Source of the DNA: an uncultured Bacteroidota bacterium | GTDB taxonomy: Bacteria > Bacteroidota > Ignavibacteria > Kryptoniales > JAKASW01 | Assembly (NCBI GenBank): GCA_963703365.1 | Contig: OY969815.1 | Span: 2,888,577-2,952,576, forward strand | DNA: 64,000 nucleotides | Direction: 5' to 3' | Part shown: one piece after another, positions 1 to 8,291 of the stretch | Position numbering within the stretch: position 1 is the stretch's first letter | Layout: every line of letters begins with the position of its first letter | Made by a program: the position numbers and the translations under genes | Notes under the pieces: model-generated | Databases searched by the model: none | Told to the model about the DNA's origin: nothing | What the model saw: only the letters and a program-made list of their open reading frames with translations

Positions 1-2
1 GC

Positions 3-2078
3 AAATCGCTCGAAAGAATTTTGCCGACGGGAGACTCAAACGATCCACAAAACTTCGAGACCTGTACAGATTCCAATAAAAGCACGCCTACAAAAATCAA
101 CAGCGTAACTCCGCGAAACTTTGACCTGGCAATAGGGACAATAAGCTATTCGCCGTGCCCGATTCAGTCGGGCGAGAGCATAACGATTTCCGCATCCATC
201 ATAAATCGCGGATTGAGACCATCCGGGATTGCGACAATTATTTTTTTCTACGACAAAAATGGAGATGGAACCTGCGACGCGGGCGAGGCGATAGATTCGA
301 CTCAAATATCACCGATGGCTCCGGGCGACTCGACCATGGTGAGCTTCATGGCACGCAATTTATTATTTGGCTCATATCGGTTTGGCATATACATAAACTA
401 TTACGACGACGAACAAATGTCGAACAACATGAAAGTTATTTCGGTGAGCGTCGGGCTTTCTCCTGCTTCGATAGTTATAAATGAAATTATGTACGCGCCG
501 AAATCGCCAGAACAAGAATGGATCGAACTTTATAACACCAGCGACACGGTAGTTGACTTGTCAAATTTTAAGATCGAAACACACGGCGGCTTGAAGAAAA
601 TAGCAGCGGGTTCTGTGATTGCTCCCGAAGGCTTCGCTGTAATTTGCAATGATTCGTCGGTTTCGCAGCTTCATTATCCTGTCAAGAATCTCATCGTTCA
701 GTCAACTCCTTCGCTGAGCAATGACGGTGATTGGTTAGTCCTTTATGACAATCTCGGGAATCTTCTAGACTCGATGAATTATGTGCCATCTTATGGCGGC
801 GCAAATGGGAAATCACTTGAGCGCGTCGATTGCTTTTCTGGAAATGATTCAACCAATTGGCATGAATCAGTTGACTCGACTGGCGCCACTCCTGGAATGA
901 TAAATAGCACTGCGAAGCTTACCTATGATATCTGTTTAAAAAGATTGAGCTGCACGAAGACACTCGATATGAACGAGCATGGAAACATAAGTCTTGTTGT
1001 TCAAAACGTCGGAAGAAATGCGTTGAGTGACATGCAAGCGGCTGTAAAAATTTTTAGCGACATCGATGGAAAAATAACTTTTTCCGATGAACAATTGATG
1101 AATATAACTCTGATACCAGGTGACAGCGTAATCGAAAATTTCAGTTTTATGCCGTCACAACCGGGAGCTTATAAAATAGTTGCAAAGATTTCTGAGCAAC
1201 AGGATCAGCGTCAGTGGAATGACACTCTTTCGACATGGATCAACGTTTGCTACCAACCTCAGAACATCGTGGTTAATGAAATCATGTATAGCAGTGGATC
1301 GATGGGAGAGTATTTCGAAATTTACAACTTATCGCAAAATCCTATTGACATCAGTGGTTGGACATTTTGCACATCTTCAACTCGATCGAAACCAAGTCGC
1401 CTGTCAACGATTCCCAAAATTCTTCTTCCGAAAAATTACTTCGTGGTTGCCGCCGACTCTTCGATACTCAATTTCGTGTCCGACACGAGTATTGTTCAGA
1501 TTGCAAAGTCGCTGACCCTTCCCGATGCTGGGGGATGTGTCGCGCTGACAGATCCGGCAGGGGTCACCGTTGACAGCGTCGATTACTTGCCATCATGGCA
1601 CAACAGCGACATTTCCAACACGTCCGGCCGCTCACTGGAAAAAATAAATCCGACGCTTCCTTCAAATGATAAGACAAGCTGGTCAACATGCGTTTCGCAA
1701 AATGGCGGAACACCGGGCAAAAGGAACAGCCTGTTTGTTGATGCAGGAAATGCGATCGGCTCAATATCAGTCGCGCCGAATCCGTTCTCGCCCGACGGGG
1801 ACGGCATCGACGACTTCACTTTCATCAATTATTCATTTCCGGTATCATCCGTGAAAGCTCGAGTACGAATCTTCGATTCAATCGGAAGACTCATCGCGAC
1901 ACCGGTGGACGATGTGATTCTTCCGTCAAGCGGGAAAGTAGTTTGGGACGGCAGGGACGGTTCTGGCAAGATTGTTAAGTTCGGATTGTATATTTTGTTG
2001 GTTGAAATGAACGGACCAGACGGAAAATCTATATCGACATACAAGCAGCCGCTTGTCGTGGCAAAGAAAATGAAATGA
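3..2078 (+). CDS. Secreted multi-domain protein with two lamin-tail-domain (LTD)-like modules, Ig/CARDB-like repeats and a FlgD-Ig/T9SS-like C-terminal beta-sandwich; 5' end cut by the window edge
   Basis: The frame stays open from nt 3, with no stop upstream of the TTG at 21. The LTD-like signature occurs twice (VINEIMYAP...EWIELYN and VVNEIMYSS...EYFEIYN). The C-terminus reads SVAPNPFSPDGDGIDD...LYILLVEM. Confidence 0.7.
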   Translation, partial: KSLERILPTGDSNDPQNFETCTDSNKSTPTKINSVTPRNFDLAIGTISYSPCPIQSGESITISASIINRGLRPSGIATIIFFYDKNGDGTCDAGEAIDSTQISPMAPGDSTMVSFMARNLLFGSYRFGIYINYYDDEQMSNNMKVISVSVGLSPASIVINEIMYAPKSPEQEWIELYNTSDTVVDLSNFKIETHGGLKKIAAGSVIAPEGFAVICNDSSVSQLHYPVKNLIVQSTPSLSNDGDWLVLYDNLGNLLDSMNYVPSYGGANGKSLERVDCFSGNDSTNWHESVDSTGATPGMINSTAKLTYDICLKRLSCTKTLDMNEHGNISLVVQNVGRNALSDMQAAVKIFSDIDGKITFSDEQLMNITLIPGDSVIENFSFMPSQPGAYKIVAKISEQQDQRQWNDTLSTWINVCYQPQNIVVNEIMYSSGSMGEYFEIYNLSQNPIDISGWTFCTSSTRSKPSRLSTIPKILLPKNYFVVAADSSILNFVSDTSIVQIAKSLTLPDAGGCVALTDPAGVTVDSVDYLPSWHNSDISNTSGRSLEKINPTLPSNDKTSWSTCVSQNGGTPGKRNSLFVDAGNAIGSISVAPNPFSPDGDGIDDFTFINYSFPVSSVKARVRIFDSIGRLIATPVDDVILPSSGKVVWDGRDGSGKIVKFGLYILLVEMNGPDGKSISTYKQPLVVAKKMK

Positions 2079-4648
2079 GCCTTTCTGAAAATCACTCGGA
2101 GCTTCAAAAACGCATTTCACTATACATCACCGCGCTCCATAACGAGATTGAGGCTCTCAGAAATTATTCCTCTCGAAACTACTCTCTTTCAGCCGGAAAA
2201 TTTCTCGGTAATGCCGACGCAGAATTTCTTTACGAGTTCAAGTTAGATGACGATGCGAGAATAAGCGATGATGTGCCGGTGGAGATCGATGTTGAAAGCG
2301 AAATTACCCGTGGAAGTGTCGTTGCCGTTGAAGGAGACAGGATCGTCTTTCTGCTTCAGACACACATCGGGGATAATGTGGAACATGCGATTCTCCGAAC
2401 TGCGCCGTTCTTCCTTATTGAACAGCTTATCGAACGTCTGGAATCTATCGAAGACAAAGACGCGGAGTGCATCGAAGCGCTGTTCGACGAAGACAAAGAT
2501 GGTGAGCAAGACCAAAATCTTTCCATCGACCCGAAGGAATTAAACGAGTTTCAGGTTAATGCGGCGCGCGCGGTCGTGCAAAAACAAATTTCATTTATAT
2601 GGGGGCCGCCGGGAACGGGAAAAACGCGAACTCTCGCATTTGCAGCGGCAAATTTAGTTTCTATCGGAGAAAAAGTTTTAATCGTCTCAAACACGAATAT
2701 CGCTGTCGATGTCGCTCTTCAGAAAACGCTGGAATATCTGAAAGAAGATAACGAATATTTAGACGGGAAGTTCGTACGCCTCGGCATTCCACGGCTCGCG
2801 GAACTTGAGGATTTCCCTTGGTCAATTCCACAATATGTCGCACGCGACAAAAGTCCGGCACTCTACGCGACCATCGAAAAGATCGAGAAAGACATCCGTG
2901 ATATCATGGCACGACTTCGAACTCCGGGATCAAAACGAGGAGCCAACCATGAAAAGCTTTCCAACCTTCGCGAAAAACTTTCAGCATTTCGCGAGGAAGC
3001 TTACGGCAAAGAAAGCAGGATAGTTCAACATGCGAATCTCGTCGCTTGCACTGCGGCGAAAGCGGCAATCGCATCTCAGGTTTTCTCAAGACGGTTCGAT
3101 GCAGTTCTTATCGACGAAGCAAGCATGTTGTATCTTCCTTATGTTGTCTATGCGGCATCTCTTGCGAAGAAACGCTTAGCAATATTCGGCGACTTCATGC
3201 AAATTCCACCAATTACGCAATCTTCAACGAGAGTTTTGAACGTTCTATCGAAAGACATTTTCCGTGAGACAAAGATGCATCGCTACATGACAAAGTCTCA
3301 TCCACGATTGAATATCTTAGAAGTTCAGTATCGCATGCAGCTCCCGATAATGGAACTCGTCAACGACAAAATTTACGCTGGGAGATTAAAAGCGAGTGAG
3401 AAAATAAAAAATGCAGAGCCAAAGGAAGAACCGGTTGTCTTTTATGATACATCAAAATTAAACTCAAAGTCTTTTCGCGAAGCAACTACGAACAGCAGAG
3501 CAAACATTTTATCCGGCATAACTGCAATCGACCTTGCTGTTGCATCGTTAAAGCACGGCGCAAAGTCGGTCGGCATCATTACTCCTTACAGGTCGCAAGC
3601 AAAATTTTTACGCGCCGTCTTGAACAGCATGAGCTTAGACAGCACAGTGATTTCCGCCGCTACCGTCCACACATTTCAAGGCAACGAGCGCGACGTGATC
3701 GTTTTCGATTTCGTCGATGATAAGCCGCTCCCACTTGGCGTTTTGCTCTCGGCATACGAGCGAGAAGATGATGAAGATGTTTCGGAGGGCGAACGCTTGT
3801 TGAATGTGGCGATGACCCGCGCAAGGAAGCGACTTCTATTCGTCGGCAATTTTGAATATCTCTCTTCGAAGGCAAGTGAAGGTTCGTTGCTGCGTTTCGT
3901 GCTTGAGAAGTTAAAACGTGACAAAGTTGTAACGCCGGTTCAGATTGAAAATAAAACCGAAAAAAATTATATCGGCAAGAATTTTCCCGGGCTTTCCATC
4001 CACCATGGATTCATTGACTGCACGATTCCGCTCTTGAGAGATATCCAGGGGTCGACTGAAGAGCTGAAATTGGTTCAGCCAATCAAAGCGAAGTTGCAAT
4101 TTTTCAAATATGTTTTAAACAAAGAAGTAGAATCGGCGAAAGAGTTTCATTCTCTTGAAATGAGCGTCCTTCAGCAAAAGCTCAAAAACACAAATCTCAT
4201 CACTTCCGATAAGTCCGACTTTTTTTTCTGGATTATCGACGGGAAGATTTTGCATCTCTTCGACATTTTAAACCGGGATAATATTTTCAGTCTGCGAATC
4301 GGCATACCGGAGATCGCAAGAGTTTTCAATTACATCTTGCCGAGAAAGAGTTCCAGGCTCACAGGGACCGGCACCAAAGAAATCGATGTGCGTTGTTCCG
4401 TCTGCGGCGGGAAGATGGAGTTGAAGGATATGAAAGGAATGATTGTGGCACAGTGCGCCGATAATCAGTGCGTGACTGTTGCTGCCGATGGGAAAATCAT
4501 TGAAGCGGTACTCGAAGAAAACGGAGAAAGCTGCCCGGTTGACGCAGGGAAAATAAAAGTGAAACGCGGAAGGCGTGGATTCTTTGCTGGCTGCGCGAAT
4601 TATCCCGGATGCAATTGGACGGCGGAGCTGGAAGAGATATTGAAATGA
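2075..4648 (+). CDS. SF1 (Upf1/DNA2-like) helicase with C-terminal topoisomerase-type zinc ribbons
   Basis: Helicase motifs present: Walker A GPPGTGKT, Walker B VLIDEASM, GDFMQIPP, QYRM, TVHTFQGNERDVIVFD, NVAMTRARKRL. The C-terminus carries the Cys clusters CSVCGG...C..C and CP...GCANYPGCNW. Its start overlaps the upstream stop as ATGA. Confidence 0.85.
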   Translation: MSLSENHSELQKRISLYITALHNEIEALRNYSSRNYSLSAGKFLGNADAEFLYEFKLDDDARISDDVPVEIDVESEITRGSVVAVEGDRIVFLLQTHIGDNVEHAILRTAPFFLIEQLIERLESIEDKDAECIEALFDEDKDGEQDQNLSIDPKELNEFQVNAARAVVQKQISFIWGPPGTGKTRTLAFAAANLVSIGEKVLIVSNTNIAVDVALQKTLEYLKEDNEYLDGKFVRLGIPRLAELEDFPWSIPQYVARDKSPALYATIEKIEKDIRDIMARLRTPGSKRGANHEKLSNLREKLSAFREEAYGKESRIVQHANLVACTAAKAAIASQVFSRRFDAVLIDEASMLYLPYVVYAASLAKKRLAIFGDFMQIPPITQSSTRVLNVLSKDIFRETKMHRYMTKSHPRLNILEVQYRMQLPIMELVNDKIYAGRLKASEKIKNAEPKEEPVVFYDTSKLNSKSFREATTNSRANILSGITAIDLAVASLKHGAKSVGIITPYRSQAKFLRAVLNSMSLDSTVISAATVHTFQGNERDVIVFDFVDDKPLPLGVLLSAYEREDDEDVSEGERLLNVAMTRARKRLLFVGNFEYLSSKASEGSLLRFVLEKLKRDKVVTPVQIENKTEKNYIGKNFPGLSIHHGFIDCTIPLLRDIQGSTEELKLVQPIKAKLQFFKYVLNKEVESAKEFHSLEMSVLQQKLKNTNLITSDKSDFFFWIIDGKILHLFDILNRDNIFSLRIGIPEIARVFNYILPRKSSRLTGTGTKEIDVRCSVCGGKMELKDMKGMIVAQCADNQCVTVAADGKIIEAVLEENGESCPVDAGKIKVKRGRRGFFAGCANYPGCNWTAELEEILK

Positions 4649-4734
4649 TTTTTGATATTGTTGCGCCGAAAAGAAACCGAGAATTCTTTGCTGCAAGTCA
4701 TCATGCCTAATTGTTGTATTGAGGTTATTCAATA

Positions 4735-5883
4735 ATGCGTACCATGATCGTCATCTTGATTGTCACAGCCATATTAGCAATATATGGTTTAGCTAACTAT
4801 TACATCTGTGTTCGTGGCATTCATGCACTTCGACCAATCGGATCCCTGCGTGTAGTGTACGTGGTTGCATTTATCTTTCTAGCAATCTCGTACGTTGCCT
4901 CGGTTTTTTTAGAACGCGCAGATATAATTGTGCTGGGCAAACCGCTCAGCTGGATCGGCTCATTTTGGCTCGGGGCGTTTGTCTATTTTCTTCTTATTGT
5001 CGCTGCGATTGATCTGCTCCGGTTCATCAACCGTTTCCTTCCGTTCTTTCCTTCTTTTATTATTTCGAATTCTGCGCGCTCCGCATTCGTGGCAGCAATC
5101 GGCACGTTTTCACTCGTAGCAATTATAGTTGTTTATGGTTTTGTTAATGCACACATCATCCGCGTGCGAACGTTCGATATCGCGATTCCGAAGGAAGCCG
5201 GCAAACGCAAAACATTAAACATCGTCATGGCGTCCGATATTCATCTCAGCTCCATCATAGGCCGGAGCCGCATTAGATCCATTGTCGAAAAAATAAATTC
5301 ACTTTCACCCGATCTTGTGCTTCTGCCGGGTGACATCGTGGATGGCGATCTTAACCCTGTTATTCATCAAAATCTCGGCGAATCGCTGCGTCAAATCTGT
5401 GCTCCGCTTGGAGTCTATGCAATCACAGGCAACCACGAATATATCGGTGGAGTGGAGAAGGCTTGCAAGTATATAACGGACCATGGTGTCAAGATGCTGC
5501 GGGACACGAGCGTCTTTGTAGATGAAAGTTTCTACATCGTGGGCCGTGAGGATCTTTCTGCAAGGAAGCGCCGTTCACTCAAAGGGGTCATGGAAGATGT
5601 TAATACAAAATATCCGGTTATCCTCATGGATCACCAACCTTTTCACCTTGAGGAAGCAGAAGCAAATGGGATTGATCTCCAGCTTTCCGGACATACGCAT
5701 CATGGACAGCTATGGCCATTCAATTATATCACAGATATGGTCTATGAGCTGGCGTACGGCTATTTGGTGAAAGGGACGACGCGCATTTACGTTTCGTCGG
5801 GCGTCGGCACATGGGGTCCTCCGTTACGAATCGCCGCGGATCCGGAGATTGTGAACGTGCGGATAAGCATAGACTCAAATTAG
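4735..5883 (+). CDS. Membrane-anchored calcineurin-like metallophosphoesterase
   Basis: The N-terminus has hydrophobic TM segments. Phosphoesterase motifs follow: SDIHL, PGDIVDG, GNHE, GHTHHGQ. Confidence 0.85.
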   Translation: MRTMIVILIVTAILAIYGLANYYICVRGIHALRPIGSLRVVYVVAFIFLAISYVASVFLERADIIVLGKPLSWIGSFWLGAFVYFLLIVAAIDLLRFINRFLPFFPSFIISNSARSAFVAAIGTFSLVAIIVVYGFVNAHIIRVRTFDIAIPKEAGKRKTLNIVMASDIHLSSIIGRSRIRSIVEKINSLSPDLVLLPGDIVDGDLNPVIHQNLGESLRQICAPLGVYAITGNHEYIGGVEKACKYITDHGVKMLRDTSVFVDESFYIVGREDLSARKRRSLKGVMEDVNTKYPVILMDHQPFHLEEAEANGIDLQLSGHTHHGQLWPFNYITDMVYELAYGYLVKGTTRIYVSSGVGTWGPPLRIAADPEIVNVRISIDSN

Positions 5884-5915
5884 TTCATAGCTCATGGTTT
5901 TTAGCTGACAGCTTT
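5881..5915. repeat. Degenerate tandem heptamer array (TAGCTNN)n
   Basis: TAGTTCA TAGCTCA TGGTTTT TAGCTGA CAGCTTT. The first TAG is the stop codon of the metallophosphoesterase gene. Confidence 0.7.
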
Positions 5916-5934
5916 CTGAGTCCGGCTTTTGACC

Positions 5935-6633
5935 CTATTTCAACATCAACATCTTCTTCACCTTGCTCCAATTGTCGGCGCTTATTCTGTAGAAATAAAC
6001 ACCGGATGAGACAATGGTGCTATTTTTATTTATGCCGTTCCACGTTAGCTCAGTATAACCTGCAGGATAATCTGCATCCGCAACTTGTGCCACCTCTCGA
6101 CCCACGATATCGTAGATACTGAGTTTCACATGAGATGCTTTCGGAAGATCAAATGCTATCTTCGTTGATGGATTAAACGGATTAGGAAAGTTATTGTAAA
6201 GCTTATAATCTGTTGGTGCTGCAACTTCGACCGTTATATCTTTTGTCCATTTTTGACCATCTGATGTGCTTATCGTCGCCGTTAATGTCGTATCCTTTCC
6301 AATCGGTGCCTTCTTGTCTACGGAAAATGTGAACTCTGCGTCTCCTGTAGCGTTGGCTGCAATGCTTTTAATGAGCACAGTGTTTTGCGCCAGAGGCGCA
6401 TCCGCCTCTGGCGGAGATTTGAAGTCGAGCCATGTCGGAAGGTGATTGAATGTTACAGAGACATTCTTTGCTTCGAGGCTGGAAGTATTTTGAATATTCA
6501 GGGAAATCGTGTTGCCAGTCGACGCGAACGGTATTTCCCAAACTTGTCCGGTAACGTTCGTCGAAGCGACCTTCGCAGGTTGACCAAATGTGCTAACGGA
6601 AATTGCTAACAATAGGATGACAACGTATTTCAT
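5935..6633 (-). CDS. Secreted protein with T9SS (Por-type) C-terminal sorting domain
   Basis: It has a signal peptide (MKYVVILLLAISVSTFGQ). The C-terminus FPNPFNPSTKIAFDLP...SGVYFYRI is typical of Por_Secre_tail domains. The ORF contains copy 1 of the 26-nt palindrome, read as ADAPLAQ. Confidence 0.7.
   Translation of the reverse strand: MKYVVILLLAISVSTFGQPAKVASTNVTGQVWEIPFASTGNTISLNIQNTSSLEAKNVSVTFNHLPTWLDFKSPPEADAPLAQNTVLIKSIAANATGDAEFTFSVDKKAPIGKDTTLTATISTSDGQKWTKDITVEVAAPTDYKLYNNFPNPFNPSTKIAFDLPKASHVKLSIYDIVGREVAQVADADYPAGYTELTWNGINKNSTIVSSGVYFYRISADNWSKVKKMLMLK
6387..6412 (+). repeat. 26-nt palindromic element, copy 1 (inside ORF 5935-6633)
   Basis: GCGCCAGAGGCGCATCCGCCTCTGGC. The stem GCCAGAGGC/GCCTCTGGC is 9 bp with a 6-nt loop. 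Confidence 0.8.
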
Positions 6634-6689
6634 TTTTTAATTTGTCCTTCCTCTCTTCTTAATTTCTTGATTCAGTGCCTCTGTCTTCC

Positions 6690-8276
6690 TTACGGTAATC
6701 TATCTATAAAATACTCAGCATTGTACTTCAAGAGTGCATAAGCCTCGCTTGTCATAATCGGATTCTGATTTCCTGCTTCTATCTTCTTGTCCACGATGCT
6801 CAACATCTCCACTTCGATCACAAATATCTCCAAATCCTTTCTTGCATCCACAGAGTCTTTCTTAGAAAGTTCAGCTTGTGCTTTATTTAATCTTCCGTCC
6901 AATACTTCAACTATTCCGTTATTCCAGTCCGTGTCAAAGCCCCAGGTAACATCAGGATTCCATTTGGCATACTGTTCAAAGTCGCCATTCTTGCACCAGA
7001 CTTTTTGACTCATTATGTTGTCACAATCCTGCTTGCAGGTCTTGTTGTCAGTGAGCCAGCCCTGCGCCACGCATTGGTGCTTATAGGAAATGAGGGTGTC
7101 GAGAAAAGCAAGTGCAATGAACGGAGACGGAGGATCACCCGCACCAATAGTCAAGCCATGTGCAGAATTAGTTAAAACATCGTTGTACCACGCTGGTCCT
7201 CCAGGTCCCATCGGAGGACCGTTATGACCACGCACATAATAATTGGTAATTACTGGTAACGCTCGTGTTCTATACGCAAATCTTGAATCAGTCTCGCCAG
7301 GTTTAATATAATCTGTAGAATTGTCTCCTATCACCCAATCGATAATTCCGTTACCTGGGTAGAATCCCCAACCCGGTCTATTACTCACCCCCTGCAGAGA
7401 ATCGGAAACTGGAGCGAGCACTATCTGATCGATATCTTGTTGACTGGTTGGTTTGCTGTGAATCACATATCTATAATCGAATCCGGACGCCGTTTCTATG
7501 ACCGAAGCATGTACGTCTACCTCAACCTTGTTCCTCGGTACTATTCCATTTACAGGGTATGGCGGCGTGCTCGGCCACTTGCCGTAAAGCTGCCCGTTGG
7601 AACTGTACACGATATACTTCTTCTCGATTATGTTCATGACCGTCTGGGTAATACCATTGTCAGTCTCATCGACAAATTGCACTGAATCTTGCTCTCCAAT
7701 TATTTCCATGATCCCATCGCCATTCACATCTTCGAGTTCAAATCCTCCCTGTTCCGCGGCGATTACAGATTGATTCTGATCGTCGAAAGCGTTCTCTAGA
7801 AACCCTGTATGCCCATCCCAGCCGAAAATCCATAGATACTCCTCTCCAAAACGATCTCCGACATCCCATGATGTTATGATATCCACTTTTCCGTCATGGT
7901 TTATGTCTTTGATAGCATAGAGATTCACGCCGCTCACATTGTCCTCATCAATCAAAGTATCTGAATGCCAAATAATTTGCCCCTCCTTGTAAATCCCTAT
8001 AGCCCCTCTTTCGCCATTTCCAGCAAAAAAGACAAAGCAATGCCTTAATGTTCCATACGGGTCTTCTATTTCACCAGCGGTGAGCGAACTATCAACACTT
8101 ATCACCAAGCCAGGGCCATAATCGGAGCCATAAACTTGTCTTATCTGAACGTTAATAGCCTGATAAACTTGGACGCTTACACCGGGTTCCTCTAACCATC
8201 CAGGCTGTGCGTGCACCACCCCTGTTAAATAGAAAAAGAAGGAAAAAATCAGGCAGAAAATATACTTGGTTTTCAT
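6690..8276 (-). CDS. Secreted protein with FG-GAP/VCBS-like Ca-binding repeats; function unknown
   Basis: It has a signal peptide ending VVHAQ. DxNxDGxxD-like loops are present (DINHDGKVDII, DVNGDGIMEII). Confidence 0.5.
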   Translation of the reverse strand: MKTKYIFCLIFSFFFYLTGVVHAQPGWLEEPGVSVQVYQAINVQIRQVYGSDYGPGLVISVDSSLTAGEIEDPYGTLRHCFVFFAGNGERGAIGIYKEGQIIWHSDTLIDEDNVSGVNLYAIKDINHDGKVDIITSWDVGDRFGEEYLWIFGWDGHTGFLENAFDDQNQSVIAAEQGGFELEDVNGDGIMEIIGEQDSVQFVDETDNGITQTVMNIIEKKYIVYSSNGQLYGKWPSTPPYPVNGIVPRNKVEVDVHASVIETASGFDYRYVIHSKPTSQQDIDQIVLAPVSDSLQGVSNRPGWGFYPGNGIIDWVIGDNSTDYIKPGETDSRFAYRTRALPVITNYYVRGHNGPPMGPGGPAWYNDVLTNSAHGLTIGAGDPPSPFIALAFLDTLISYKHQCVAQGWLTDNKTCKQDCDNIMSQKVWCKNGDFEQYAKWNPDVTWGFDTDWNNGIVEVLDGRLNKAQAELSKKDSVDARKDLEIFVIEVEMLSIVDKKIEAGNQNPIMTSEAYALLKYNAEYFIDRLP

Positions 8277-8291
8277 AAGTTCATCTCCTCA

